In this document: in pieces, positions 13,050-26,639 of the stretch
How the letters are laid out: each line of letters opens with the position of its first letter
Position numbering within the stretch: the first letter of the stretch is position 1
Source: Scyliorhinus canicula
Taxonomy: Eukaryota
Reading direction: 5' to 3'
DNA length: 64,000 nucleotides
Assembly: GCF_902713615.1 (NCBI RefSeq)
Contig: NC_052158.1
Coordinates: 13,326,546-13,390,545, forward strand
Notes under the pieces: generated by a model
Seen by the model: the letters and a program-made list of their open reading frames with translations, nothing else
The model's database searches: none
Told to the model about the DNA's origin: nothing
Made by a program: the position numbers and the translations under genes

Positions 13050-14520
13050 TTAACAGATTCTCAACTTCGCAGAATTGTTACGGTGCAGAAGGCCATTTGG
13101 CCGTCGTGTTTGCAGCTGCTTCCAAACGAACATCATGGCTTAGTGCTATTCTCCCGTTTTCCGCCCAGAACCCTGCACATTCTTTCTATTCAAGTAATCA
13201 TCTAATGTCCCCCTGAATGCCTCTATTGAACCTGCATCCACCACACCTCCAGGCAGCACATGGCAGATTCGAACCACTCACCATGTGGAAAAAAATCTCA
13301 TCACATTTGCTTCTTTTGCAAATCACTTTTAATCTGTGCCGTCTCGTTCTTGATCCTTTTACCAGGTGGAACATGTTCTCCCTTTCTACTCTATACAGCC
13401 CCCCTCATGGTTTTGAACACCTCAAGCGAATCTCCCCTCAACCTTCTTTTCTGAAAGGAGAACAGTCCCAACTTATCTAACGTATGGAATGATCTGTCCG
13501 GTCTAGACTATATGCAAAACAATACTTCTCACTGCACCTCGGTACACATGACAATAAATCCAATTCAATTCAATTAACTGAAAGTTCGCATCTCTGGGGC
13601 TATTCTTATCAACGTCTTATGAATTCTCTCAATGAATGAAATGAAATGAAAATCGCTTATTGTCACGAGTAGGCTTCAATGAAGTTACTGTGAAAAGCCC
13701 CTAGTCGTCACATTCCGGCGCCTGTCCGGGGAGGCTGGTGCGGGAATCGAACCGTGCTGCTGGCCTGCCTTGGTCTGCTTTAAAAGCCAACGATTTAGCC
13801 GAGTGAGCTAAACCAGCCCCTGGAGGATGCGTTTCCATCCTCCCTATCGTGTGCGATCCCAAACTGCACACAATATTTCAGCTGAGGCCTAATTAGTGCC
13901 TTGTAAAAATTCATCACGGGGTCTTTATGCTTGTACTCAAGCCCATATTTACTAAGTCCAGAGTACTATGTGGTTTATGAACTGCTCTCGCCACCTGTAC
14001 TGCCACATTTAATGACTTATGCACATATACATCCAGGGCATTCAGTTCCGTGACCACTTTAAGGATTGTAATCCTTATTTTACAATGGTTATCCATGTCC
14101 TTTCTACCATGATGCAGCACCTCACCGTTCTCTGCATTGGACTTCATCTGCCATCTATCTGCCCACTCTGCCAACTTGTCTATCTCCTTTTGAGGTCGTA
14201 CAGTATCCTCTTCACAGTTTACAATACTTCGAAGTTCTGCGTCATCCATAAACTTTGAAATGTTCCCCTGCACACTAAAATCTAGATCATTAGTATATAA
14301 GCAGGAAATGGAAGGGTCTCAATGCAGACCCCTGGGTGACGCTACAAGAAAGATTTCCCCAGCCCGAAAAATATGAACTGACCATTATTTTCTGCTTTGT
14401 ATTATTCAGCCAATTTTCTATTCACGTTGCTCCTGTCCTTTTTATTCCGTGAGCTCCGACTCTTCTCACAAGTCTGTTGAGTGGCACTGTCTCGAATACC
14501 TTCTGAAAGTCATCCGCCTT
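13050..14520 (-). mobile_element. CR1 LINE fragment with nested Rex1-type tail (13480-13575) and SINE
   Basis: Reverse ORF ISKFMDDAELRSIVNCEED...LAEWADRWQMK (CR1 RT end). Confidence 0.8.
13631..13820 (-). mobile_element. Short ~190-bp tRNA-SINE (type B tail)
   Basis: Reverse complement of the family at 6259 and 49237. Confidence 0.85.
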
Positions 14521-14859
14521 TGCGACATCTCACTCAATATCGTTGGTTAACAAAAAGCGATTGCTCCTGGAGTTAAAATTAATATTTACCCGGTACAAAT
14601 TTCAAAATTCATGCTGAGAATATGGATGGCGCAGGGTCGACCAGAACTTTTAGCCCATTCCTAATGGCCTTTGCCTTTTATTTGCTTCTTGTCCATCGTG
14701 CTGTGGCGAGTCTAACAACTAAACATACAAATGATTCTTTGCCGCGGCACAGGGGAGTGGACTGGCATCTCACAAGATAATGTGTGCTGCTTTTGCCAAA
14801 CAAATAAACGGAATCAATAAACCGAGGGATCAATTGAAAGTCAGTCCCCTGAAGGGACA

Positions 14860-15240
14860 CTGCATCAAAGTAAACAGATTCGCCAAGGAAACTTAAAACA
14901 TCAAAGCAAAATTTGGTAGGAGGGGGTCAATAAAACACCCGTACTCCAGGCACGGAAAGCCTCGATCAAGTCGGTGCACACTCCGTGCTCCCTTCCCAGT
15001 CACACTTGGCAACAAACACAGCCGCAGAAGAGGGGTAGATATTCGGTGTGGACGGCGCCCTCTACCGTCCGCTACCTGGACCGATACAAGACGATGTCTG
15101 TGGCCTTCTCCGGCCAAGGTAGTGCAAGCGGAAATTGTCCCAAACACTCGGAACTCCATCTTGTGGCGAATCAGCGCAGTTCTTTCATAACAATTGATGT
15201 AACTGGAGACTGAACCGAATCTTTTTGTGGTGTACAATGT
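14860..15240 (-). mobile_element. Tx1-like (L1 clade) ORF2 C-terminal relic
   Basis: Reverse frames give LYRSR*RTVEGAVHTEYLPLF..REH and GCFIDP, resembling Tx1-type C-termini. Confidence 0.5.
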
Positions 15241-16429
15241 TCCCACATGAAAGAATAACCATTTTCCATTCGTGCTATGAAGGCGGTAAAACACATTCAG
15301 TGTTATAAATAAATGTTTTACTGAACTGTCCGCAATTTGTTCAGAAAATTATTTAATTAAAGGGTTGGAAGGTTCGAGTTAAGGGCACTTTCTTCGGCAG
15401 TGTTTGTAATAAGTACTTGTATTACAATGGCTTAAATTCGATTTATTATTATAATTATTATTAAGGCCATTGAAGAAATATTTTGATGCCACAATGGATT
15501 CTGGATTGAGGAAGGCACGAGGCGAAGCTGAGGCTAAGAGTTGCACAGATCAGGTAATATTGTAGCAAGTACTTGCCTCGGCTAATAGAATCTGAAATAA
15601 ATCCAGGTTAATGTTTCAGATTAAAATTGGAATGGCAGCTTCACCTCGCCCAACTGCCCACAATGTCAAGGTTACCATCCAGATGTAATGTTTTAACTCT
15701 AAGTTCAAAACCTTCATTAGAACTTCATATGGGACAAAGGATAGAATATATCCGGCAGCGTCCAATTCCCAAACAGATTTCCGCTGTGGCCGCATTTGAA
15801 TCCCTCAGACGTCCTGTGACCCCAAGTGAAAATTAAAGCGAGGAATGTTCAGGGCTGTTGAGTGGGGAATGATTAACAGCAAGGAGCTGGTTGGAGTCAT
15901 GTTGAGCGGGGGTTTGGCGGGGAGGTGCTTGACTGGCGATAAGGGATGGTGGTGGTGATCGAGAGTTGATAAGCGGGCGTGGAAGGGGGCGCTACAACAG
16001 TATCCGAAGGGAGGTGGTTAGAGAATTGTTAAGCGAGGTGGTTGACTCGGGAGGGGGCGGGGCGGGGGAGGGACGGCGGGTGTTATTTGAGAGTTGGGCA
16101 CTGGGTTGTATTTGTTGCCTGGGGGAGAGGATTTAAAATGCTTCAAAAATTAAGACCTTTTTGGCAGGCTGTGGTTAGAGCAACGATAGGGCCACGAAGG
16201 ATCTACGAATAAGCCACGCTCAATATAGAAAAAGAACTACGAACATTGAAAGGGCCGTGCAACCGTCAAAACTGAATCAGAGCTTCACGCTCGCCATTTT
16301 TGAATCTAGGCCCAGCGGAACCAGAGAGGCTTAAAAGAACAACGCCACCTGCAGGTTCCCTTCCATGCTACACTAATTCCTGGCTTGCAAATACATGGAC
16401 AAACAATCATTTTGTTTTCAAAATTCTTG

Positions 16430-18880
16430 CACGTGACGTGGGCATCATTGACAAGGTCAGTCACTTGTTGCTCATCCCTTTGCCCTCGAACTGAGTGTCT
16501 TGCTAGGCTATTTCATGGAGAAGTGAAGTGTCAGCCTGGGATCACATGCAGGCCAGGCCAGGTAAAGACGGCAGATTTCCTTCCCTAAATTACATTAATT
16601 AATGGAACATTTAAAAAAAATCTTTTTATTCTCCTCATTTTCAAAATTTCAACAATAAAGTGCCAAAGAAAAAACAACCCAAAACAAATACAATAACAAT
16701 GTTTGACACCAAAACCGCACCCTGCTCAATATAGAGACCAAAACATCCACCCATACATTCCAGGTAAAAAAAAAATACAAATTAACAATCAATCACTTCA
16801 TCTGAGACTTCACCTGCCCGAGAGTCAAAGAAACCTAAGTAGCCCACCCGCCCGAACCCCGCCAAGCCGTGTCACAGGATGGAGAAGCTGACCTCTACCC
16901 CAATATGACCAAACTCCGGGCAATCAGTGAGGCAAAGGCTAAGATCTGCCCCACACCCGCCCGCCGCTTGAGCCGGTCTGAACCCCCGAAAAAGACGCCT
17001 TGGTGCCCTGGTTCCAAGTTCACGAGCACTACCCCCGAGAAGACCCTGAAAATCTCCCCCCAACAAACCCCTCACATTCCACGTAACTACCCTAACCGGG
17101 GGTCTCTCACCCCTCCTCCCCTCCTATCCATCATTCTCGTAGCTCCAGGCCCACTGGGCTTGGCCCGCCCCGTCCCATTCTTACCATCGAGCCCCTCCCC
17201 CCTCCCAGTGTCTTCCCATCCACTTGCTTTAGAAACCCCTCACTCACTCTCCCATCTTTTCTCACCTCCAAGACCCATCAAAGCCTGTTCTACTACGCTC
17301 TGGTGGCAGCAGCGCCTCCCCTCACCACACTCCGTTCACTGGCCAGCTTGAGCTAGCTAGTGTGGAGGACACTGCCCAGGCCTCACTCCCCTTTAATCCC
17401 GTCCCCCCTATCCGGTCAAAGGCAAACAAAGAAGGCCCCCTCAACCCACAATTCCAGTGTAAACACATGGACCCCAAAGAACCATCATCGCAAAAGAAAT
17501 TCCCAACTCTTACCGTGTCCAAACGGGCAACTTCACCTCATTTAGCACACATACCAACATGCAGTGAAAAATAGAGTTACATACAACCCCCCCACCCCCC
17601 CCCCCCCCCCACCCTCAGTCGAAGTCCAATCCTCAGTCCCATTTCTCACTTCTGCACCAGTCTTTCTGCCTTAACAAACGCCTCCACTGCTTCTACTGTC
17701 TCAAAATAAAAGTCTTTGGAGTTGTCAGTCACCCTTAAATTAGCTGGGTACACTACGCCAAACCATGCACCACTATTATTCATTGCTGACTTCATTCAGC
17801 CGAAGGCCGCCCGCCTCCTTGCCAACTCCACAGTAAAGTCCTGGTATATACGTATACCAGCTCCAGCCCACTGCAACTCCCGTTTCTGCATTGCCCAACA
17901 CAGGACCTTCTCTTTCACGCAGTACCTACGGAAACAAATAATCACTGCTCTTGACGGCTGTTTTGCCTTCGGTTTAGGCCTCCATGCCCCAGGAGACCGA
18001 TCCAGTTCGTACCGAGAGGGATATCCCCCTCCCCCAACAGCTCCGCCAACATCTTGGCAACATACTCCATCGACCATGGGTCCTCTGCTCCTTCGAGCAG
18101 GCCCACGATCCTCAGACTTTGCCACCCTGATCTGTTTACCATATCCTCCACTTTGGCTCGCAGACCCTTGTTGGCCTCCACCACCCTCTGCAGCTCCTCA
18201 CCCATCGAGGTGATTTGATCACTGTGAAGCAAGAAGGCTTCTTCCACTCACTTCAATTTCTCACGGTGCTTCTGCACCTCGGCTGATGTCCTGGACACTG
18301 CCACCCTCACCATGGCAATCGCCTCCTCCACCAGCACCTTCAATAATGTTGCCATCATCTTCTTCGTCATCACCTCCATATGCTTTGCAGACTGTTTTTC
18401 ATATTCCATAACCATCGCCTTGGTCATCTTTTCTGCTGTATGCGGTGCGGCCCCACCCAGTGACACAGCCTTCACCATTCTTCCAGTTGCCGAGCTGACC
18501 CTTCTACTCGATGGAGAACCTTCACTCGCCCCCTTCTTCACGTCAGCTTTCCTTTGGGTTCTGGCAATCATTCTTCCTTATGTCTTCCTGCACGTATTTA
18601 ACAAAAAATTGCCCCTGTGACCGGGTATTAAATTCTAAAAAATCAAGCCTCGAGAAGGAGCCATACAAAGTGCGAAATCTTCCTATGTGCCGCCACAGGA
18701 AGTCCCTAGTGAATGGAATTTTACGACAATTGGTGATAGCTTCCCGGTCACCATTATTGAGATGAACGTTCAACTGCAGAGTTTTTATTAATTTGAATAT
18801 AAATTCCACCACTTTCGGCGATGGGATTTGAAAGCGTCTGCCAGGGTGTTAGTGGATTAGTGTTCCGGTAATATTACCTT
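16430..18880 (-). mobile_element. tRNA-SINE with L2-type tail, split by an L1 insertion (parts 16430-16600 and 18707-18880)
   Basis: The two halves join into the family seen at 60918-61200 and 46670-46890. Confidence 0.65.
16609..18706 (-). mobile_element. L1-clade element, 5'-intact, ORF1 retained (disrupted), ORF2 almost wholly deleted
   Basis: ORF1 motifs LRIVGLLEG and IRIYQDFTVELARRRAAF. The ORF2 start VTWNVRGL is fused directly to the ORF2 C-terminus LAFASLIAR. A-rich 3' end; degenerate TSD ta(a/g)t(t/g)aatggaa. Confidence 0.8.
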
Positions 18881-19394
18881 TCGACACATCCAGCAGTGGT
18901 TCAATGAGCCGGCTCAGCATGACTTTCTCAAGGGGAATTTTGGATGCACAATCAAAACTGGACAGACCACACATCCCATACATGGATGAAATAAATAATG
19001 TTTGATGTGTGGATGATCTGCCTTTCGAGTAGACAGTTTTGTCCTGTACTCTGTCGGACCTCTTGAGCCATGTTTAGGTTGCGCACTTATCCAGGGAAGT
19101 GGTCAATATTCCGTCACCCTCTGAGATGGAACATGGGTTGCGGGGTGTCCGGAGATGACTTAGAGAGAACAGGATTCCCATCCTCGGAACATCTTTTGCA
19201 GACACTCCATTTAAACCGCTGGTCCTATTGAGTTTCTGGCCAGTGGCAACCCCCACAATGTTGCCGATGATGAATTCAACGACGATAATGCTTTTGGACG
19301 TGAACAAGAAGACCCTCTCTTGGAGATGGTCAATAATCCTGGACCAAAGCAACTAATATTTGGAAAATGGACTAATGTTCATAGTCTTTGAAAG

Positions 19395-19720
19395 CCACAG
19401 ATTTGTTTCAGTACTGGTGCGATGTCAGGTACATAGATCATACGATCCAATGTCTCGTCCGGATTGTTGCAAAGAGCATATCCAGTTGGCTGCTCACAAT
19501 GGGCAAAGTACTGGTCCTACTCAACCAGCACGTGCTTGAAAAACTCAGGACATTATATCTGACCTCAGATGTCATTCTGTGATTAGACAACATTTGCAAA
19601 ACAATCACGAGTGTGCTAAGGAGCACACTGATAACCTTTAAGATTATCAATCAGCTTCACAGTTATGCTCGCTAGAGGTTCCATATACAAATGTGCAGTC
19701 TCTGGAGGGAAATGAATCAT
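19395..19720 (+). mobile_element. Penelope-like element GIY-YIG endonuclease relic
   Basis: Frameshifted FQYWCDVRYIDHT...GPTQPARA*KTQ...RCHSVIRQHLQNNHECAK resembles vertebrate Penelope endonucleases. Confidence 0.6.
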
Positions 19721-19904
19721 GTCAAAATATTGCGCTTTTGAAAAATTAAAGATAAGCATGAGGCATGCACGTTCTCAATGGCAACAGCACTACTATTCAG
19801 AATCGACATGCCAATAAATCTGTACCATTTTCTTTTTTTCCTTCACAATTAAGTTTAGTTCTCTAATTAACTGTGAACTTGATGCATGCTACAAAGGATT
19901 ACAC

Positions 19905-20280
19905 AGAACATAGAACATAGAACAGTACAGCACAGAACAGGCCCTTCGGCCCTCAATGTTGTGCCGAGCCATGATCACCCTACTCAAACTCACGTATCCA
20001 CCCTATACCCGTAACCCAACAACCCCCCCCCCCCCCTTAACCTTACTTTTTATTAGGACACTACGGGCAATTTAGCATGGCCAATCCACCTAACCCGCAC
20101 ATCTTTGGACTGTGGGAGGAAACCGGAGCACCCGGAGGAAACCCACGCACACAGGGGGAGGACGTGCAGACTCCACACAGAGAGTGACCCAGCCGGGAAT
20201 CGAACCTGGGACCCTGGAGCTGTGAAGCATTTATGCTAACCACCATGCTACCCTGCTGCCCCTTGCTACCCTGCTGCCCC
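19905..20280 (-). mobile_element. Full-length V-SINE with duplicated head
   Basis: (gaacata)n tail, well-preserved core, tgctaccctgctgcccc present twice. Confidence 0.9.
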
Positions 20281-20589
20281 ATATTTAGTTCAACCTGAGA
20301 ATGAGAATGTTGTGCGTGGGAAATATTTTTCCCACAATGTCAACTAGTCTCTCTTAAATGTGGATGAGACTACACTTACTGCATCAAACTTTGGCATTGG
20401 AAGATCCGTGGAATTCAGATGGATAAGAATCAAAGACAGTAACATCACCAAAGCAAGAAGGTGCCAGAGCGTGGGTACTCTCTGCGAGCCCTCTCACACA
20501 GATCCTCTTCCTACATCTCTTATAACAGTACTAACCTCTTAAAACTGAATTCTAATACTATCTCTAGCCTTTCTCTTTTATTTAGGTTT

Positions 20590-20690
20590 GCCCTATGTTT
20601 TTTCATGTATGGAACGATCGGTCTGGACTGTATGCAGAACAATACTTTTCACTGCACCTCTGTATACGTGACAATAAACAAATCCTAGTC
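20590..20690 (+). mobile_element. Rex1-type LINE 3' tail fragment
   Basis: Same as the 3' terminus of 25505-26620 (atacttttcactg..cctc..tac.cgtgacaataaacaaatcc). Confidence 0.65.
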
Positions 20691-21171
20691 AATCCAATTC
20701 GCTCTCTCACAATTCTGTGCAATAACAATGTCTGTAATTTACACTCCTTTTGTAGTCAAACAGTTAGAACCACTATTGTCTGCTCTCCATTAGAAAAACG
20801 TTCCAAGTATATTCCTAAAGTTGTATCATTCAGCACCAAATTGGCCGTTATGATTCTGCTATACTTCAGTGAATGGATGCCCAGTGCTAAAGACCCTATT
20901 CTCGTCAACTAAGAAATCATTTATCTTATACAATATGGTGTACCCTAAAAGGGAGAATGTAAACCTGCAGGGGGAACATTTAAGAACATAAGAACTAGGA
21001 GCAGGAGTTTGTAGAACTGCAGCATAGGCACCAATAAAAATACAAACACAGATACTTTGGAACCGGTGACCTGAAAACAAAGTGTACCTCATGGATACAG
21101 TTCTTTGTATTTCATAATGAGATTACTGTAGATCTGATGATATGTAGTTTTGAAATCATATATATTTGGCT

Positions 21172-21395
21172 TGTCTGGTGCAGCACAGTGGGTTAGCGCT
21201 GCGGCCACATTGTGCCCAGGTCCCAGGTTCGATCTCGGCTCTGGGTCACTGTTCGTGTGGTTTGCACATTCTCCCAGTGTTTGGGTGGGTTTCACCCCCA
21301 CAACCCAAAAATGTGCAAGTCAGGTGGATTGTGGATTGGCCACGCTAGATTGCCCCTAAATTTGGAAAAAATTAACCGGGTACTCTTAAAAAAAT
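21172..21395 (+). mobile_element. V-SINE, short 'type C' A-rich end
   Basis: Head, core, then aattgcccctaaatttggaaaaa...gggtactctt. Confidence 0.8.
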
Positions 21396-22829
21396 ATTTG
21401 GCTTGTCCGGAAATATGTACGATTTCCATATGTAGTATAGTTTGCCGTGGGATGCTGCATTTTTCCACCTATGCTGATGAGTGAAAGGCAAAAAGCTTCG
21501 ACAATATGTATTTTGTTTTCAGCAATACTCGAGTATTGTACTACCAAATAACAATTAATGACTGTTCGGGTAAAGAATAATAAAGGGTGAATTAAGTTGA
21601 ATGCGCAATGAGGTTGAAGAATTAATAATAAATTAATAGGGAAGGGTTCACAAATGTCTTTGTTGAAAAAGTCAGCCCCTGCCTTGTTAAAAGGTCAGCA
21701 TATCTCATTACGTCAAGAATCAGCATCTAGCCAATCGCAGCTGACCCTCGTAACACTTAAATCTACTTCAATGGACTCTCCAGCTGCACATTCTGCATTA
21801 GCTAACCTCGGTAGCAATGACGGAGACTTTGAGTCAGATAGCATGGACAGTTGCCTGAGTACCCATGGAAAAGTGCGCGCGCGCGTGTGTGTGTGTGTGA
21901 GGAGGGGGGGGGGGGGTGGCGTTATACCAAGATAAGCCAGAAGACTCTGGAAAGGGCGGAGGCCTAAATACATGGCTAGTACAAGATGTACCGGTTTTGG
22001 TAAACAATCTATGTGTAACGTCAGATCGAAATTTAAACAATGACTGTGCATGTGTTAAAATGCCATCAATGTGTACCACCTTTCTGTCAACAACAGTGTT
22101 GGTTCAGCGAGCTTGCTTCTTGACCTACCTCTCCTTGCAAATACCTAAATAAACCTGATCTGAGACTCCTGTGAATCGTTCCCTGGTAGAAGTTGGCTAC
22201 AACAGATTGGCGAGCGATAATAAGGCAAATATGATTGGACTAATTTAGGAATTAAATTGGTCAGAGCCCCCAACATCAACATTGACAAATGGAATGATGA
22301 AGACACAATACATTTATTTTACTCACATCTTGGGAAATTCTAAAATTGGAGAAATCTTCCACAGCCGAGTCAAACAACAAACCGACACAGGCATACTGGC
22401 GGAATGATACCTTCCAACTTCTGTTACATACACTTTCATCCCCATCCATGATATGTCTTCTCCCACTGGTATCCAGACCAAACACAGCTAACCACAGAGT
22501 AGCATGCATTTTGGAGGCAATAGCGCTGCAAGTCGTTAACATTGATTCTTGGCACCATGACACCTCTAGGCATCAGGTTCAGCATGGTCAGAGTGACGTT
22601 TTATGTTGTATAGCCGAATAAGGTTCAGTTGGCTCTCAGCGTTTCCTCACCGCCAATATTGGACAGACTCTGTCAAACGTGACACAGTTATGCGTCTCTC
22701 GCATCCAGACAAAGGAGCCGCATTTACAGAATTGATATTATTTATTTGGCTAAGTTACATAGCGATAGGCGACGGTTTGCACGTCGGCGTCATCTCCACA
22801 TTAAACGTCAACTGACGTGGTAGACCCGA

Positions 22830-23350
22830 CCGTATTTTTGCAGAGGAAGGCAGTGGGCTGCGAAGGTACAGGATTCATGCGTCTCTGTGATCTCTCCCCT
22901 GCCAGATACACATCCTTTTGTCTCTCCCTTTACAATGCCGCTCCAGACGTCATGGCCACCAGTGACAGTCTCTCATTTGTTAGAACGCATGGGCCCACCT
23001 TCATATCTCACTCAACGGTCTTCTTGTAGCAGAGGATGTCTGGAAGGCTGTGATTCAGTAGCCAGTTCAAATATGTGGTCATCGTCCTCCCGGCGTGCCT
23101 GAGTCAGTGTAGATATTGTTGACAATGGGTGTACGCTGTTGACATTGTCCGGCTCCCAAAACTCTGCGTAGGTAACCTGGAACTGCTAAGCGATGCCGAG
23201 GATACATCTGAAGCAGCGAGGGTACAAACGATTCAGCCATTTATCCTGTCGACCACATGTTGTCCAGGTCTCATCGCTGCAGAGTGCGCTGAGGAGGCAG
23301 GTTTGATCGACGTGCAGTCTGCTGCTCTAGGTCACGTTTCAGTTGCTCTC
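22830..23350 (-). mobile_element. RTE-clade LINE relic
   Basis: Reverse frame resembles the RTE CVLSTLLYGSEAWTTY...LRCLRRILGI region. Confidence 0.6.
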
Positions 23351-25504
23351 TCCACTCCTACTCAGCTTCGGAATAAACAGACGAACCTTTTGCAATGCAC
23401 ATGCTGAATTCAGCGTCAAGGCGCAGATTGATGGTGATTGTAAAACTTAGATCTAGATATGTGAAACTATAAGTAACTTTCAGCGTCAGATAATAAATGC
23501 TGGTCGATGGCGATATGGCAACTTTCTGCTTGAGTTGAGAGGCAGATCGAGAGAAAACATTTCCTGTCCATCGTATATTTGTGTGTGTGGAGTTGGGGGA
23601 GGTGGTCGTGGGGGGATGTGGGAAGAGGTTTTTTTTTATCAGCATGAGCAGCGTATTCCTTGCAGAGAAACATGCATCCTGTTCACACGTTTCCTTTGAA
23701 TTATTTCCCTGCCAGATGAACGTGCAATGTATTATTTTCAACACTCAGAAAGCCTCTTGCAGGGAACCCGTGTCCATGTTCAGTCAATCACATTTGTAGT
23801 GCAAATATTAGTGACCTGGTTGAAGTCACCGGTCTGTCCCATAATTCTGATGAGGCAATTTGTCGATTAGAAAGTTGGCACCATCCACCTTTTTATTTGT
23901 TTTGTTTATTTTCTAAATCCTGCTACACATTTCCATCCACTTGCTGAGTAGAAACATGGATCTCCAAGCACCCAGTGAAGCACGTGAACGGTGACGGGTC
24001 AGCACCTCACTCGTTGGGTGCAATCTAATTGGGGTTGGGCCGTGGATGATCAGTGGGACACGATGGTCCCTCTCATGGTCAGCGACAGGCCAAAGAACCC
24101 GATGTCTAGCCAATGATAGTGGGCTTGTCAATCATAGCTTCTGTCTTCCGCGTTGTTTTAACGATCTCCGGGGAGAATTGAGTGCCCTCTATAGGACGAC
24201 ATACTCTGAAAAATATGTGAGGACCCTGGGCTGCCAAGAATCTTTGGCGCACTGGTCCATTTCGAAGTCCTTTTGAAAGCGTTTCCAGTCGGCATGGGCG
24301 AAAGCTGTTTTTGTATTGGGAGTTTCGAAATGGAAATCTCTTTCCATCTGTCCTTGGATGATAGTAAGGATAGCAAAGCGCCAGAATAAATAATTCAGAA
24401 GAACACAGCGAAAATCTGCAAGGGTGAGATTTATATTTGCACAGAAGTCAGTACTTACTGCACAGGAATTGCAGACATGAGGACAGAAACTGAACTTACC
24501 AAAGGGGCTGTCATCAAACCGGCTCCTCTTTGTACATTCCATCCGGTATTCGATTTCACTGACCACAGAATAACAATATTGGGCGGACCATAACACGGCC
24601 GTCCAATGCGACAACACCCCCTTTGTGAGGGCGCCTCGTACCTGTAGTATTGAATCGTGCAGCAGTGCTTCAGAAAATTGTACTTCCACCTGTGAGTTAT
24701 TGCCTGTTAATAACTTAGCAACTGCAAGCCAATTTCACAGGTGGAAGTACAATTTTCTGAAGCACTGCTACACGATTCAACATTTCCTGACTAGAGAATA
24801 TGATCAATAACTTGCCGTTGTTTAGCACTGGACCACTTTCACCTCCATCAGGGAGCATATCGTAGAAAGAAAATTCGAAGGTCAGGACTAGCTCTGAATT
24901 CTTCGCCTTCTCAAATCAACAGACAAAAGGATCAATCAAAGGATGAAATTAAGTATACCTATTGGCTCACAAACCAGGGAACGGTTAAAGGTACAGATAT
25001 GACCATGATACTCTGACTTCGCCATTTCATCAATCATATTAAAATGAAATATCGTTCTACCAATTTACAGCGAGCGTGTGATACCAACAACCTTAACCCA
25101 CATTTAATATAGGTTGCCCAATAAACTGGCATGTCACGTAAATCATGAGAAAATCCGCAAAGTTGGTCCTGATGATTGACACAATATTTTCAGTCAGTTC
25201 ATTGCTGATCTAGCCTACGGAGCTACCTGAGGAAAAGTTGATATGCTGAAGGGATAAGTTCGTTTCCGGGACACGAAGGCAAAACGTTAAGCTATCTCTC
25301 CAACACAGAAATCAAGGAGTTGCTGTCAATTGGATGGCACGTTAAACCGAAGCCCCATTTGAGTTCTCAAGTGGACGTGTAATAACCAATATTTAGAATC
25401 ATAGAATTATAGAATCGGTGCAGAGAAAAAGAAAGCCATTCGGCCCATCGAGTCTGTACCGATCCTTTGAAAGACCACGATATCGAGTGCCAATCCCCTT
25501 TCTA

Positions 25505-26620
25505 TTTGGATTGGATTTATTTATTGTCACGTGTAACGAGGTACAGTGAAAAGTATTTTTCTGCAAACAGCTCAACAGATCATTCAGTACATGGAAGAAA
25601 AGGGAATTAAACAAAATTCAAGAAAATACATGAGAATACCTAATAGGGCAACACAAGATATACAATGTAACTACATAAGCATTGGAATCGGTTGAAGCAT
25701 ACAGGGTGTAGTGTTGATGAGGTCAGTCAATAAGAGGGTCATTTAGGAGTCTGGTGACAGTGGGGAAGAAGCTGTTTTTGAGTCTGTTCGTGCGTGTTCT
25801 CAGACTTCTGAATCTCCTGCCCGATGGAAGAAGTTGGAAAAGTGTGTAAGCCGGGTGGGAGGGATCCTTGATTATGCTCCCCGCTTTCCCCAGGCAGCGG
25901 GAGGTGTAGATGGAGTCCATGGATGGGAGGCAGGTTCGTGTAATGGACTGGGCTGTATTCATGACTCTCTGAAGTTCCTTGCGGTCCTGGGCCGAGCAGT
26001 TGCCATACCAGGCTGTGATGCAGCCCGATAGGATTCTTTCTTTGTGCATCTGTAAAAGTTGGTAAGGGTTAATGTGCACATGCCGAATTTCCTTAGTTTC
26101 CTGAGGAAGTATAGGCGCTGTTGTGCTTTCTTGTTGTTAGTGTCGACGTGAGTGGACCAGGACAGATTTTTGGTGATGTGCACCCCTAGGAATTTGAAAC
26201 TGTTAACCATCTCCACCTCGGCCCCGTTGATGCTGACAGGGGTGTGTACAGTACTTTGCTTCCTACATGCAGCTCTTTAGTTTTGCTGGCATTGACGGAG
26301 AGATTGTTGTCGTTACACCACTCCACTAGGTTCTCTATCTCCCTCCTGTATTCGGACTCGTCGTTATTCGAGATCCGGCCCACTATGGTCGTATCATCAG
26401 CAAACGTGTAGATGGAGTTGGAACCAAGTTTTGCCATGCAGTCGTGTGTGTACAAGGAGTAGAGTAGGATGCTAAGTACGCAGCCTTGAGGGGCACCGGT
26501 ATTGAGGACTATTGTGGAGGAGGTGTTGGTGTTCATTCTTACTGACTGTGGTCTGTTGGTCAGAAAGTCAAGGATCCAGTTGCAGCGTGGAGAGCCAAGT
26601 CCTAGGTTTTGGAGCTTTGC
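25505..26620 (-). mobile_element. Rex1/Babar LINE, 5'-truncated
   Basis: Reverse ORFs: [21 protein letters not shown] and ILSGCITAWYGNCSAQDRKELQRV...LLPSGRRFRSLRTRTNRLKNSFFP. Confidence 0.9.
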
Positions 26621-26639
26621 CAAGTCCTAGGTATTGTTT

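Noticed and set aside
16869-18620. Long + strand ORFs (160, 165, 102 aa)
   Set aside because: Antisense shadows of the GC-rich L1 element.
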